From NCBI GenBank assembly GCA_963727625.1, contig CAVSHR010000002.1:576001-640000 (forward strand): 64,000 nucleotides of DNA. Reading direction: 5' to 3'. The stretch's first letter is position 1, and every line of letters starts with the position of its first letter. Positions 10,197-20,183 of the stretch are shown here, piece by piece. Source of the stretch: an uncultured delta proteobacterium. GTDB taxonomy: Bacteria; Desulfobacterota; Binatia; UBA9968. Below the pieces are notes generated by a model. The model was not told the DNA's origin and ran no database searches. It worked only from the letters and a program-made list of their open reading frames with translations. The position numbers and the translations under genes were made by a program.

Positions 10197-11357
10197 ATGA
10201 TTTTCGGACGACATTCGGTGCTGAAGCGAGGCTGTTCCACCTGGAATCCGGAGGAGTTGCCGCAGGGCGAATTTCAAGCGCGTCTCGATGCCGTGCGCCG
10301 GGAGATGGCGCGGCAGAATCTCAACGCCTTGGTGATCTACGGCGACAATTATTCGTTCGGGGATCTGTGTTATCTGACCAATTATTTTCCCAAGGTGCGC
10401 GGCGGCATCGCCGTGGTGCCGAGCGACGGTGCGATCTCGCTGCTGCTCAACATCGGCAGCCGCGACGTGCCGTTCGCCAAGACGCTCACCTGGGTCGGCG
10501 ACGTGCGGGCATCGAATCAAGTGGGCGTCGACGGCGCCAAGATGGTCAAGGAAAAAGGATTCGAAAAAGCGACCATCGGTTTGGCGGACTCCGGCCATGG
10601 TTTTCCGCTGCCGCAGCTGGAAGATCTCAAGAACGCATTGCCGCAAGTGACCTGGCGCGATTGCGACGGCATGATCCAGCCCTTGCGGTTAAGAAAAACC
10701 GCGCGAGAGCTCGCCGCCATGCGTGAAGCCGGAAGGGTGTTGAGCGAAGTTTGCGCCGGCGCCGCTGAGTTCATACGCGCCGGCAGAAAGGAATATGAGG
10801 TTGTCGCCGACATCGATCGGCTGGCGCGCGACAAAGGGGCGGAAGACCTTCGCATCCTCGCCGGCGCGGCAAGGTTGAACCCGCCGAGCTTTAAGCAGTC
10901 GGCGAGTATTGACCGCCACTGGGCGGTGTATCTGGCTCTGCAGCATGAGCGTTACTGGACGGAGGCTGGGCGGACTTTTATCTTGTCGGCGGACACCAAG
11001 CTGAAGGACGCCTACGAGAATGCGCTGGCGGCCGTTGCTCGGATGGCCGGACAGCTCAAACCCGGCGCTGCGGTGGCGGCGATCGGTGAAAACGCGCGCA
11101 AAATGCTCGGTGCATCCTATGCGACTGCGTCCGTCTACGGTCTCGGCAACGGCATCGGTCTGAACCAGTGGGAAGCACCGTTCCTTAATGAAAACGACGC
11201 GCGCGAAGTCGGCGCGGCGTCGATGGGCGCGGCTACCCTCGGCGACAACATGACACTGGCTTTGCGTGTAACTTATGAGACCGAAGGCAAGCTGGTTCTC
11301 TTCGGAGATAGTTTCGAGGTAACGTCGAGCGGGGCGAAGTCGCTGCTGGGCAGATAG
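10197..11357 (+). CDS. Second M24/creatinase-like protein, catalytically degenerate
   Basis: Creatinase-N-like region, RKTARELAAMREA, AGRT, and GNGIG in place of GHGIG. Confidence 0.85.
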   Translation: MIFGRHSVLKRGCSTWNPEELPQGEFQARLDAVRREMARQNLNALVIYGDNYSFGDLCYLTNYFPKVRGGIAVVPSDGAISLLLNIGSRDVPFAKTLTWVGDVRASNQVGVDGAKMVKEKGFEKATIGLADSGHGFPLPQLEDLKNALPQVTWRDCDGMIQPLRLRKTARELAAMREAGRVLSEVCAGAAEFIRAGRKEYEVVADIDRLARDKGAEDLRILAGAARLNPPSFKQSASIDRHWAVYLALQHERYWTEAGRTFILSADTKLKDAYENALAAVARMAGQLKPGAAVAAIGENARKMLGASYATASVYGLGNGIGLNQWEAPFLNENDAREVGAASMGAATLGDNMTLALRVTYETEGKLVLFGDSFEVTSSGAKSLLGR

Positions 11358-11378
11358 TCTAGCGCGATGAGTAAAGCG

Positions 11379-11443
11379 GATCCCTCACTTCGTTCAGGAT
11401 GAGCTTCTGCTTTCGGTATCATCCTGAGTGTCAGCGAAGGAGC
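11379..11443. repeat. REP-like inverted repeat
   Basis: gatccctcacttcgttcaggatga ... tcatcctgagtgtcagcgaaggagc; a related copy lies at 13585..13657. Confidence 0.7.
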
Positions 11444-11493
11444 TGCTTAGTCGTTGACTACCCTGTAATGTATCAATTCATTTGAAAGGCTTC

Positions 11494-13530
11494 ATGAGGA
11501 TCGCAGTCGATATAGGCGGAACCTTTACCGACTTGGTCGCGGTGGACGACCAGGGGAAAATCTATCGCAGTAAGTCGCTAACCACACCGGACGATCTGGC
11601 GCGGGGCATCGATGATTGTCTCAAAGGCGCGGCGATCGATGTCGCCGGCGCCGATTTCTTCGTCCACGGCTCGACGGTGACGATCAACGCGGTGCTCGAG
11701 CGCAAGGGCGCGCGCACCGGCCTGATCACCACCAAGGGGTTTCGCGACGTTTACGAGATCGGCCGGGGCAACCGGCCGGAAGGCTACAACCTGTTTTTCA
11801 AGCGGCCGGTGCCGCTGGTGCCGCGCGATCTGCGCCTGGAAGTGGACGAGCGGCTTTACGCCAGCGGCGAAGTGCTCAAGACACTCAACGAACAGACGGC
11901 GACGGCGGCGATCGGCGCGCTCGAGGCGGCCGGCGTCGGGAGCGTCGCAGTTTGTTTGCTTCACGCCTACGCCAACGCGGCGCACGAGCAGCGGCTCGGC
12001 GAGCTGCTGAGGGAACAATTCCCGGAGGCCTACGTTTCATTGTCCCATGAGATCCTGCGCGAGTTTCGCGAGTACGAGCGCACCTCGACCACGGTGCTCA
12101 ATGCCTACGTCGGACCGCTGGTTTGCCGCTATCTGGTCTCTTTAGAAAAAATGCTCGGCGCCGCGGGTTTTGGCGGCACCTTTTGTGTGATGCAGTCCAA
12201 CGGCGGCGTGATGTCGGCGGAGACCGCGAAAAAGATGCCGGTGACGATGATGGAATCGGGACCGGTGGCTGGGGTGATCGCGGCGGCGCGCTTGGGCGAA
12301 GCGCTCGACTGCCGGCAGATCATCTCCTTCGACATGGGCGGCACGACTGCGAAGTCGAGCCTGATCAAAGATTTTCATCCGGAAGTTACCAGCAGCTATT
12401 ACGTCGGCGGCTATGTGTCGGGCCACCCGATGATGCTCCCGGTGGTCGACATCGTCGAAGTCGGCAACGGCGGCGGCAGCATCGCCTGGATCGATCTTGC
12501 CGGGGGCCTGAAAGTGGGGCCGCAGAGCGCCGGCGCGGCGCCGGGTCCGGCCTGTTACGGCAAGGGTGGGACGGAGCCGACGGTGACCGACGCCAACCTT
12601 ATCGCCGGCCGCATCGACCCGGAATATTTTCTCGGCAGCGGTATTCGCTTGCAGCGCGACAAAGCGGCGCAGGCAATCACGGAAAAAATTGCCAAGCCGC
12701 TGAAACTTTCCCTCGAAGAGGCAGCGCTTGGTATTCTCACTATAGCCAACTTCAACATGTCGCTGTCGGTGCGCGCGGTGTCAGTAGAAAAGGGCTACGA
12801 CCCGCGCGACTGCGTGCTGGTGCCGAGCGGCGGCGGCGGCGCGCTGCACGCGATGGCGATCGCGCGCGAATTGTCCGTGCCGCGGGTGATCATCCCGCCC
12901 ATGCCGGCGCATTTCTCCGCGTTTGGCATGCTGCTCGCCGATCTCAAGCATGACTACGTGCAGACCTTCGTGCGCGAATTGGCCGAGACCAGCGGCGGCG
13001 AGATCGCCGATGCCTTCGCAGTGCTGGAAGAGTCCGCTACCGATACCTTGCGCGAAGAAGGCACGAAACCGGAGCAGTTGCTGCTACGCCGCTTCCTTGA
13101 TATGCGCTACCGCGGCCAGGAGTATACCTTGCCGGTGCCGGTCACCGAGGATCTGCGCGCAGTCAAAGATTTCAGCGCCATTCGTGCCCGCTTCGACCAG
13201 CTGCACCAGGAACACTACGGCCACTCCGCGCCCAAGGAGCCGGTGATGATGGTCAACCTGCGGCTTTCCGCGCTGGGGAAAACCGACAGCCGCTTGCCCT
13301 TGGCACAGACGCAGAGCGACGGCGAGAGCGGTGAACGGGGCCGGCGTCCGGTGATTTTTGACAGCAAAGCGGTCGATACGCCGATTTACCTTTACAGCGC
13401 GCTCAAGCCTGGCGACCGACTTGAGGGTCCCGCGGCGATCGAGGAGATGGGCGCGACGATTCTTGTCTATCCGGGCGATAAAATGCGAGTGAACGAATTT
13501 GGCCATCTGGTGATCGACATCGCAAGCTGA
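11494..13530 (+). CDS. Hydantoinase A / oxoprolinase family protein (ATP-binding subunit)
   Basis: DIGGTFTD, EYERTSTT, SGPVAG, DMGGTT and GPQSAGAAPGPACYG. Confidence 0.94.
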   Translation: MRIAVDIGGTFTDLVAVDDQGKIYRSKSLTTPDDLARGIDDCLKGAAIDVAGADFFVHGSTVTINAVLERKGARTGLITTKGFRDVYEIGRGNRPEGYNLFFKRPVPLVPRDLRLEVDERLYASGEVLKTLNEQTATAAIGALEAAGVGSVAVCLLHAYANAAHEQRLGELLREQFPEAYVSLSHEILREFREYERTSTTVLNAYVGPLVCRYLVSLEKMLGAAGFGGTFCVMQSNGGVMSAETAKKMPVTMMESGPVAGVIAAARLGEALDCRQIISFDMGGTTAKSSLIKDFHPEVTSSYYVGGYVSGHPMMLPVVDIVEVGNGGGSIAWIDLAGGLKVGPQSAGAAPGPACYGKGGTEPTVTDANLIAGRIDPEYFLGSGIRLQRDKAAQAITEKIAKPLKLSLEEAALGILTIANFNMSLSVRAVSVEKGYDPRDCVLVPSGGGGALHAMAIARELSVPRVIIPPMPAHFSAFGMLLADLKHDYVQTFVRELAETSGGEIADAFAVLEESATDTLREEGTKPEQLLLRRFLDMRYRGQEYTLPVPVTEDLRAVKDFSAIRARFDQLHQEHYGHSAPKEPVMMVNLRLSALGKTDSRLPLAQTQSDGESGERGRRPVIFDSKAVDTPIYLYSALKPGDRLEGPAAIEEMGATILVYPGDKMRVNEFGHLVIDIAS

Positions 13531-13584
13531 AAATAGCTGATAGCGATTCCAACGACGATCTGAGCGCTGACAATTCACAGAAGC

Positions 13585-13657
13585 GAGATTCGTCGCATTG
13601 TTCGGAATGACAGAATCAGAGCGAAGTGATTTCATCCCCAACGCAGTAAAGGATCTC
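13585..13657. repeat. Degenerate REP-like inverted repeat
   Basis: gagattcgtcgcattgttcggaatgac ... ttcatccccaacgcagtaaaggatctc. Confidence 0.55.
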
Positions 13658-13682
13658 GACCGAGTGAAATCGAACCCCTAGA

Positions 13683-15029
13683 ATGGCTGACGAAACCCTC
13701 AGCGAGAAGCTAGCAAGCCATCTTTCATCGCTTCGATTTGATGACATTCCAACTCATGTGGTCGGAGCGGCAAAACTGCATATCCTCGATTCCATCGGCT
13801 GCCTGCTGGCAGGCTCCCGTCTCAATCCGGGCAAACTCGCTTATGCGTTGGCTGGCCGGGTGAGCGGTTCAGAGGAAAAATCCTCGGTGACGCTGCCCGA
13901 CGGAATTCAGGCGATGGCCGCGGCCGCGCACTGCGGCGAGCTCGACGACATCCACGGCGGCGCCGGCACCTGCATTGGCGCCATGATCGTTCCTGCTTTA
14001 GTTGCGATGGCCGACAGATACGGCGGCAGCGGAGCGAGCCTACTCGAATCTGCCGTCGTCGGTTACGAAACCAACATTCGTGTCGGCTTGAGCATCGGCG
14101 CGCCGCATCTCTTCGCGCGCGGCTGGTGGCCAAGCACGATCTGCGGTGCTTTCGGAGTCGCGGCGGCGGGCGCCAAGTTTTTGAACCTCACGGCGGATCA
14201 AAGCGCCAACGCGTTGGGCATCGCGGCGCTGCATAGCGGGGGATTGATCACCGGTGGTCAGGAAGGCGCAACCGCGCGTCATCTTGCCTTCGGCCACGCG
14301 GCGCGCAGCGGTGTTCTAGCGCTGCTGGCTGCGGAACAGGGCTTTACCGGGCCGAAGCGCGCCTTCGAAGATCCGCGCGGTTTTTGTTTGACGCTCTGCG
14401 CCGAGCCCAAGTGGGATTTGTTAACCGACTTTAGCCGGTACTACTTGCCCGAAGTTGCATTCAAACCGTATCCCTGTGCGCGCCAGCTGCACGCCGGCGT
14501 CGAAGCGCTATTGAAAATCTTGCATGCGCAGGCGTTACCGGCAGAGAAGATAGAAGCGATAGAACTCGCGGTGCCGACCCAGAACGCCGGCATGGCGGAT
14601 CGCCCGTCGACGCCGACCCTGCGCGCCGCGACATTGGGCAGCGGACAGTACGTGATGGCGGTCACGGCGCTCCGCGGAGAGATGGACTTGGCGTCGTTTG
14701 AAGAGGAGTTTCTTGGCGACGAAACGGTGCGCCGGCTCATGGGTAAAGTGAAAGTCTCCGGTAGCGCCGATCTCGACCGGTATTTCCCCAAATACTGGTC
14801 CGGCCGGGTGACGGTCAAATCGAGCGGCGAAACTCATACCGAAGAGGTGATAATCCCAAAGGGCGAGGAGGGCAATCCGATGAGCGCGGCGGAAGTGGAG
14901 GAAAAATTTTCATCCTTGGCAACGCCGATTGTCGGTAAAGGCAAGACTGAAGTAATGCTTCAGGAAGCGCAGTCGTTGGAGCAGCGCGGTTCGTTGGTGG
15001 CGTTGATCGATGCGCTGAGCGCGGAATGA
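13683..15029 (+). CDS. MmgE/PrpD family protein
   Basis: LDSIGCLLAG, ELDDIH, GFTGP and FKPYPC. Confidence 0.9.
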   Translation: MADETLSEKLASHLSSLRFDDIPTHVVGAAKLHILDSIGCLLAGSRLNPGKLAYALAGRVSGSEEKSSVTLPDGIQAMAAAAHCGELDDIHGGAGTCIGAMIVPALVAMADRYGGSGASLLESAVVGYETNIRVGLSIGAPHLFARGWWPSTICGAFGVAAAGAKFLNLTADQSANALGIAALHSGGLITGGQEGATARHLAFGHAARSGVLALLAAEQGFTGPKRAFEDPRGFCLTLCAEPKWDLLTDFSRYYLPEVAFKPYPCARQLHAGVEALLKILHAQALPAEKIEAIELAVPTQNAGMADRPSTPTLRAATLGSGQYVMAVTALRGEMDLASFEEEFLGDETVRRLMGKVKVSGSADLDRYFPKYWSGRVTVKSSGETHTEEVIIPKGEEGNPMSAAEVEEKFSSLATPIVGKGKTEVMLQEAQSLEQRGSLVALIDALSAE

Positions 15030-15216
15030 GTTTCGTCTCATGCTCTGGCCGGCCTTGGCTCACCCCAGGTGCACGGCGGGTTCCCGAGAACGCCGTGTGG
15101 ATTGTTCTTCACTAGCGCGCCGGTGTGATGCCCCAATGAGTTGACGATTCATTTATACAGACTTCTTGACTGAGGCTTGCCAATCCCTAACATCTTGACA
15201 GAAATGCGCCGGCGGT

Positions 15217-15449
15217 GACGGGCGCAAGCAGATAATTTTTATCGCCGGCGGCGTCGGGGCGGGAAAGGCCTCCAGCATCCACGCACTTCCGGGTGCGGCC
15301 AACGGGTGGAAGCGGCGGAGGTCGTTTACGACAATCGTACCGCGAATGACGCGGTTATCGCCGATTTTGGGTTCGTCAAGGCTATGGCGCGCAAATATTT
15401 CCGCGAGGATTTAAAAGTTGCATTATTGCGTCTTGTAGGAGGCATATGA
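15217..15449 (+). pseudogene. Degraded P-loop NTPase gene (zeta-toxin-like), frameshifted and probably internally deleted
   Basis: IIFIAGGVGAGKASSI (Walker A), then in another frame EVVYDNR...LLRLVGGI*; no intact start. Confidence 0.45.
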
Positions 15450-15622
15450 AAAAGGTAAAAGGGGCGGCGAAAACGGAATTTTCGAAAATATCTATAAAGC
15501 GATTAAAGGAAATGTGCCTTGAGGATTACACCAGGCTGCTGGCCCGAAACATGGTTGAAACGCTCAACACCAAGACCAAAAAGTCCAAAGGCAACGCAAG
15601 ATTCCCGGCGGGCCAAAAATAG
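15446..15622 (+). CDS. Small basic hypothetical protein (58 aa)
   Basis: GGAGG RBS then ATG at 15446, overlapping the upstream stop (ATGA); MKKVKGAAKTEFSKISIKRLKEMCLEDY... Confidence 0.5.
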   Translation: MKKVKGAAKTEFSKISIKRLKEMCLEDYTRLLARNMVETLNTKTKKSKGNARFPAGQK

Positions 15623-15633
15623 ACGTTAGACCG

Positions 15634-17028
15634 ATGCCCACAGACTCCGACATCGCGTTGGAGAAGCCAAGCGCGCTTGACCGTTTATTGCGGCTGTTTG
15701 CCGACGTGCGCGCCGGCGAAGGATTGACCGTGGTCTTGCTCACAGTCAATCTTTTTTCGCTCTTGACTGCTTATCTGATTATCAAGACCGTGCGCGAGGC
15801 GCTGATCCTTTCGGAAGGCGGCGCCGAGATCAAAAGTTATACGGCGGCGGGCCAGGCGATCTTGTTGTTCCTCCTTGTGCCGAGCTACGGGTACCTGGCC
15901 AGCAAGGTCAACCGCATCAAATTGATCAACGCGACGAGCTTGTTCTTTATCTCCAATCTCGGCGTATTTTATCTGATGTCTCAACTGCGCGTGCCGCTGG
16001 GCGTGGCGTTTTTCCTTTGGGTCGGTATCTTCAATCTTTTTATCATTGCCCAGTTCTGGTCGTTTGCCAACGATATTTACACCGAGGATCAAGGCAAGCG
16101 CCTGTTTGCCATCATTGCCTTTGGCGGATCGCTGGGCGCCATCTTGGGACCCAAAATCGCTAGCTCGCTGTTTGAACCGTTCGGCCCCTACGTGCTGATG
16201 CTGGTAACGGCGGCGCTTTTAAGCGTTTGTATGATCTTTCCCAACATTGTCCATCGAAGGGAAGGCGCCGGCGCGCGGGCGGTCAAGAAAGGCGGAGATG
16301 TGGCGCAGCCGTTGGCAAGAGGGGGGGCGTTCCGACTCGTGATCGGCAAACCTTATCTGTTGCTGATCGCTTTCTTGATGGTCATTACGAACGTTGTTAA
16401 CACCACCGGAGAGTTCATCTTGGGAAAGACTGTAACGCAAGAGGCGCAACGGCTCGCCGATGCCGCCCCGGCGGAGGCGAAAAGCGGTGAAACGGCAGAC
16501 TCCATCGCGGCGAAACCGAACGGCCAAAAAATCCGCGATTTCATCGGACGCTTTTATGGCGATTTTTTCTTCACGGTCAGTGTGATAAGCGCGTTAGCGC
16601 AATTGTTTTTGGTGTCGCGGATCATGAAGTACTGCGGCGTGCCGGCTTCGTTGTTTTTCCTGCCCATTGTCGCGCTGACCGGCTATTCAGCGATCTCCTT
16701 GTTTCCCACACTGGCGATTATCCGGTTGGCCAAGGTCGCGGAGAATAGCACCGACTACTCGCTGCAAAACACCGCGCGCCAGGCGTTATTTCTGCCGACC
16801 AGCCGAGAAGAAAAATACAAGGCGAAAGCCGCGATCGATACGTTCTTTGTTCGGATCGGTGATCTGCTATCGACGGCGCTGGTGTTTTTAAGCGTCCAGT
16901 TTTCGCTCAACGTGCAGACGCTGAGCCTGATCAACGTGCTGCTCGTCGTCTTATGGCTCTTGGCTGCGGTTGCAATCGGCCGGCGTTACGGCGTGCTCGC
17001 CAGGGAAGAAAACAGCACGGCTCCATAG
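15634..17028 (+). CDS. Npt1/TLC (ATP/ADP translocase-like) MFS transporter
   Basis: IIKTVREALIL, QFWSFANDIY..QGKRLF and EKYKAKAAIDTFFVRIGD; many hydrophobic segments. Confidence 0.85.
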   Translation: MPTDSDIALEKPSALDRLLRLFADVRAGEGLTVVLLTVNLFSLLTAYLIIKTVREALILSEGGAEIKSYTAAGQAILLFLLVPSYGYLASKVNRIKLINATSLFFISNLGVFYLMSQLRVPLGVAFFLWVGIFNLFIIAQFWSFANDIYTEDQGKRLFAIIAFGGSLGAILGPKIASSLFEPFGPYVLMLVTAALLSVCMIFPNIVHRREGAGARAVKKGGDVAQPLARGGAFRLVIGKPYLLLIAFLMVITNVVNTTGEFILGKTVTQEAQRLADAAPAEAKSGETADSIAAKPNGQKIRDFIGRFYGDFFFTVSVISALAQLFLVSRIMKYCGVPASLFFLPIVALTGYSAISLFPTLAIIRLAKVAENSTDYSLQNTARQALFLPTSREEKYKAKAAIDTFFVRIGDLLSTALVFLSVQFSLNVQTLSLINVLLVVLWLLAAVAIGRRYGVLAREENSTAP

Positions 17029-17194
17029 GACGGTACGGTCTGCCGGCGCCATCCGCTGGGCGGCAAAGCGGAAGAGTCCATGGGGCAGCTCATCCTATCC
17101 GAAGGGCGGCTGCAATTGCACTCCAGGCGAATTGCGGGCATAAAATCCGTTGGAGATCGAAGTTTAACCTTTTTGTTGTTCGGAGGTTCAAAAC

Positions 17195-17977
17195 ATGGCT
17201 GCAGAGTCCACCCCCGGTTACGATCTGCTTTACGATATCATTCGCCGCCGCTCGAGCGTGCGCAAGCTGAAACCGGATCCGATTCCCGACGGTTATATCG
17301 ATAAGATTCTCGAGGCAGGTCGCTGGGCGATGTCCGGCGCCAATTCGCAGCCCTGGGAGTACATCGTGGTCAAGGATCCCAAGGTCAAAAAGGACTTGTT
17401 CCGCTGCTACTCGGAGGACAACACCGACTTCATTTATTGGATGGAGCAGCAGCGGGTGTTTGAACTGCGTCACCCGGCGTATCAGATGACCGCCGACGAG
17501 GCGGTGGAACGGCAGCGGCGCGGCGCAGGATGGTCCGAAGCGCCGGCGTTGATCGTTGTCGTCGGCGACGGCCGGCGCCAGTGGGGGACTGTGCAAGGCG
17601 CGCATACCTTTGGCCGCGATCAATCGCATCTGACCGACGGTTTGGCGAATACCTGCACATTTATGCATCTCGCTGCCGTCTCGCTCGGACTGGCAACCCA
17701 GTGGGTGACGATTCACGTGCAGGAGCCGTTCAAGAAAGTGCTCGGCGTGCCGGATCTGATGATGCTTTACTTAATAATCCCCATCGGCTACCCCGCGGTG
17801 CAGCCGTCCGAAGGCGTGCGCCGCCCTCTGGAAGAAATCGTCCACCACGATCATTACGAACAAGATAAATTCATGAGCAATGAGCGGGTGATTCAGTTCC
17901 TATATGAGCTTCGTGGGAAGACTTTGCAGACCTATCGTCAGTCGTATGTCGGAAAGGACGAGACCAAGAAGTCGTAA
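17195..17977 (+). CDS. Nitroreductase family protein (copy 2)
   Basis: Paralog of 6553..7338, sharing WAMSGANSQPWE and GAHTFGRDQSHLTD. Confidence 0.92.
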   Translation: MAAESTPGYDLLYDIIRRRSSVRKLKPDPIPDGYIDKILEAGRWAMSGANSQPWEYIVVKDPKVKKDLFRCYSEDNTDFIYWMEQQRVFELRHPAYQMTADEAVERQRRGAGWSEAPALIVVVGDGRRQWGTVQGAHTFGRDQSHLTDGLANTCTFMHLAAVSLGLATQWVTIHVQEPFKKVLGVPDLMMLYLIIPIGYPAVQPSEGVRRPLEEIVHHDHYEQDKFMSNERVIQFLYELRGKTLQTYRQSYVGKDETKKS

Positions 17978-18034
17978 GGGGACAGGAGTGAGGGGTGAGG
18001 GGCTTTGATCAACGAAATCCCGGAGCAATTTTAC

Positions 18035-19729
18035 ATGTCCGTAGATCCGATTACTGTCGAAATCATCCGCTGCGCTTTGAAGGCCGCCGCCAACGAGATG
18101 TCGGCGGTGCTCAAGCGCACCGCTTACAACATGATGATTTACGAGGTGCAGGATTACTGTGTCAGCATCGTCGACCACGCCGGCCGGACCATGTCGCAAA
18201 ACGAGGGCGCGCTGCCGATTTTTCTCGCCGACCTGGGCGTCGCGGTGGAGGACGGCGTCCAAATATACGGCTTGAACAATATTCATCAGGGCGACGTGTT
18301 TCTGGTCAACCATCCTGAGATTTGCGGTCAGCACTTGAACAACATGGTCGTCTATACGCCGTTTTTCTGGGATGGCAAGCTGCTATGTTTTCTCGCCGTG
18401 CGGGCGCACTGGATCGATGTTGGCGGCGGCAGCACCGGTTTCGGTTCGAGCAACACCCGCGACGTTTACGAAGAGGGGCTGCAAGTCCGCTCGGTCAAAA
18501 TTTACAACGAGGGCCGGCCCAACACCGAAGTGCTGCGCTTGATCGAAGACAATATTCGTTTTCCCGAGTCGTCGCTCGGCGACCTGCGCGCCCAGATCGC
18601 CTGCTGCCGCACGGGAGAGGAGCGCCTCGAACAAATCTGCCGCAAATATGGTGGCCCGGTCTTTCTTGAAGCGGTGGAAACGATTTGGAATCAGACCGAT
18701 AAGCTGGTGCGCGAAGCGGTGCGGGCGATTCCCGACGGCGATTACGAAGCCTCGTCATTTCTCGACGACGACGGCAGAGTGATGAACAAGACGATTCCGA
18801 TCAAGGTGAAAGTCGCTGTGCGCGGCGATGAACTCACCATCGATTTTTCCGAAGTCGCCGATCAGGTGCCGGGCTTTATCAATTGTGGTTCTTCCGGCGG
18901 CATGGCCGCAGCGCGGGTCGCGTTCAAAGCCTTGACCGCGCCGAAGCGCGAAGTCAACGAAGGCTCCTTTCGCGCGCTCAAGGTGGTTTTGCCGCCCGGC
19001 AAGCTGCTCAGCGCGCTTAGGCCGGCGCCGATCGGCGGCTGGAGCCTGTCGCTGCCGACGGTGCTCGATACGATCTTTCGCGCCTTGGCGCCGGCGCTAC
19101 CGGAGCGCGTGCCGGCGGCGCATAAAGGCGATATGGGCGGCTACGCGATCTTCGGTACGAATTCCAAGACCGGCAGGCGCTACGTCTGCCAAAATATCAT
19201 CGGCGGCGGCTGGGGAGGCCGGCCCTTCGAGGACGGTGTTTCTGCGGCAGTGTCGATGTGTCAGGGCGATGTGAAAAACACACCCATCGAGCTTCAGGAG
19301 CTTTACTATCCTCTGCTTTACGAGTGCCATGCATTCAGAGCCGACAGCGGCGGCGCCGGCAAGTACCGCGGCGGCATCGGCGTCGAGGTCAAGGTGACGC
19401 CGCGCGAAAATTGTTTTCTAAGCCGCAACACGGATCGGATCAAATGCCCGCCTTGGGGACTGTCCGGCGGCGCCGAGGGAGCGGTGAACGAGACGCGCAT
19501 TCGGCGCAATGGCAAAGAGGAGACGTTGCCGGGAAAATTCAGCCATCTGCTGGTTCAGCCCGGCGAGACGATAACTTTTCTTACCGCCGGTGGCGGCGGA
19601 TACGGCGCACCCTGCGAACGGGATCACGCTGCAATCAAAAAAGATCTCGAGTTGGGTTACGTTTCGCAGGCGCGCGCGCAGCTCGTTTACGCTGGGACTA
19701 ACGTGAAGACCACGCGACGCCGCGACTAA
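18035..19729 (+). CDS. Hydantoinase B / oxoprolinase family protein (copy 2)
   Basis: Paralog of 7339..9003, sharing CGQHLNN, RAHWIDVGG, HKGDMGGY and SMCQGDV. Confidence 0.93.
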   Translation: MSVDPITVEIIRCALKAAANEMSAVLKRTAYNMMIYEVQDYCVSIVDHAGRTMSQNEGALPIFLADLGVAVEDGVQIYGLNNIHQGDVFLVNHPEICGQHLNNMVVYTPFFWDGKLLCFLAVRAHWIDVGGGSTGFGSSNTRDVYEEGLQVRSVKIYNEGRPNTEVLRLIEDNIRFPESSLGDLRAQIACCRTGEERLEQICRKYGGPVFLEAVETIWNQTDKLVREAVRAIPDGDYEASSFLDDDGRVMNKTIPIKVKVAVRGDELTIDFSEVADQVPGFINCGSSGGMAAARVAFKALTAPKREVNEGSFRALKVVLPPGKLLSALRPAPIGGWSLSLPTVLDTIFRALAPALPERVPAAHKGDMGGYAIFGTNSKTGRRYVCQNIIGGGWGGRPFEDGVSAAVSMCQGDVKNTPIELQELYYPLLYECHAFRADSGGAGKYRGGIGVEVKVTPRENCFLSRNTDRIKCPPWGLSGGAEGAVNETRIRRNGKEETLPGKFSHLLVQPGETITFLTAGGGGYGAPCERDHAAIKKDLELGYVSQARAQLVYAGTNVKTTRRRD

Positions 19730-20088
19730 TCGGTCATTTACTCACAATCGGACGGCATTTTTTCCGCAGGGCTACGAAAGAAATCGTTAAAATACTGACC
19801 GGTTATTTGCTCATCATCTCGATCCGGCCGTCCAAGAGTTCGATACGATAATGATCGCCGTTCCAATCCGCGGCGTCGACGTGATCCGAACGGAGCTCAA
19901 AAGAATTGTGGTTTAGCTTCGCATATTTCATCCGACCATTTCCCAGCGCCTATCCCCCGAACATGTAGGCCTATGAGACTGCCCCTATCGTCCTAAACGG
20001 AAAGCTTAATCGTTGCCGTCTGCCGACTTGCCAAACCACGAGCCGTTGCTATAGAACGCCCTTATCACGACAACCGGGCGATCGTCAG

Positions 20089-20115
20089 TTGAACCGTTTG
20101 CGATATCGCCGCGAC
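20089..20115 (+). promoter_or_regulatory. ECF-type promoter TTGAACC-N15-GCGAC, site 1 (upstream of the sigma factor)
   Basis: TTGAACC gtttgcgatatcgcc GCGAC; the same motif and spacing occur at three other local intergenic sites. Confidence 0.8.
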
Positions 20116-20183
20116 TCACCTTTCAGAGAGGAAGACACCTGTATTCTACCGGACTGACATTTCCACGGTGAACGGCGGCGGTC

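Noticed and set aside
14181-14207. TTGAACC-N15-GCGCC near-match to the ECF motif
   Set aside because: It lies inside the MmgE/PrpD coding region and mismatches the -10 box.
15634-17028. Npt1-like transporter as evidence of energy parasitism
   Set aside because: This family also occurs in free-living bacteria, and the substrate cannot be inferred from the sequence.
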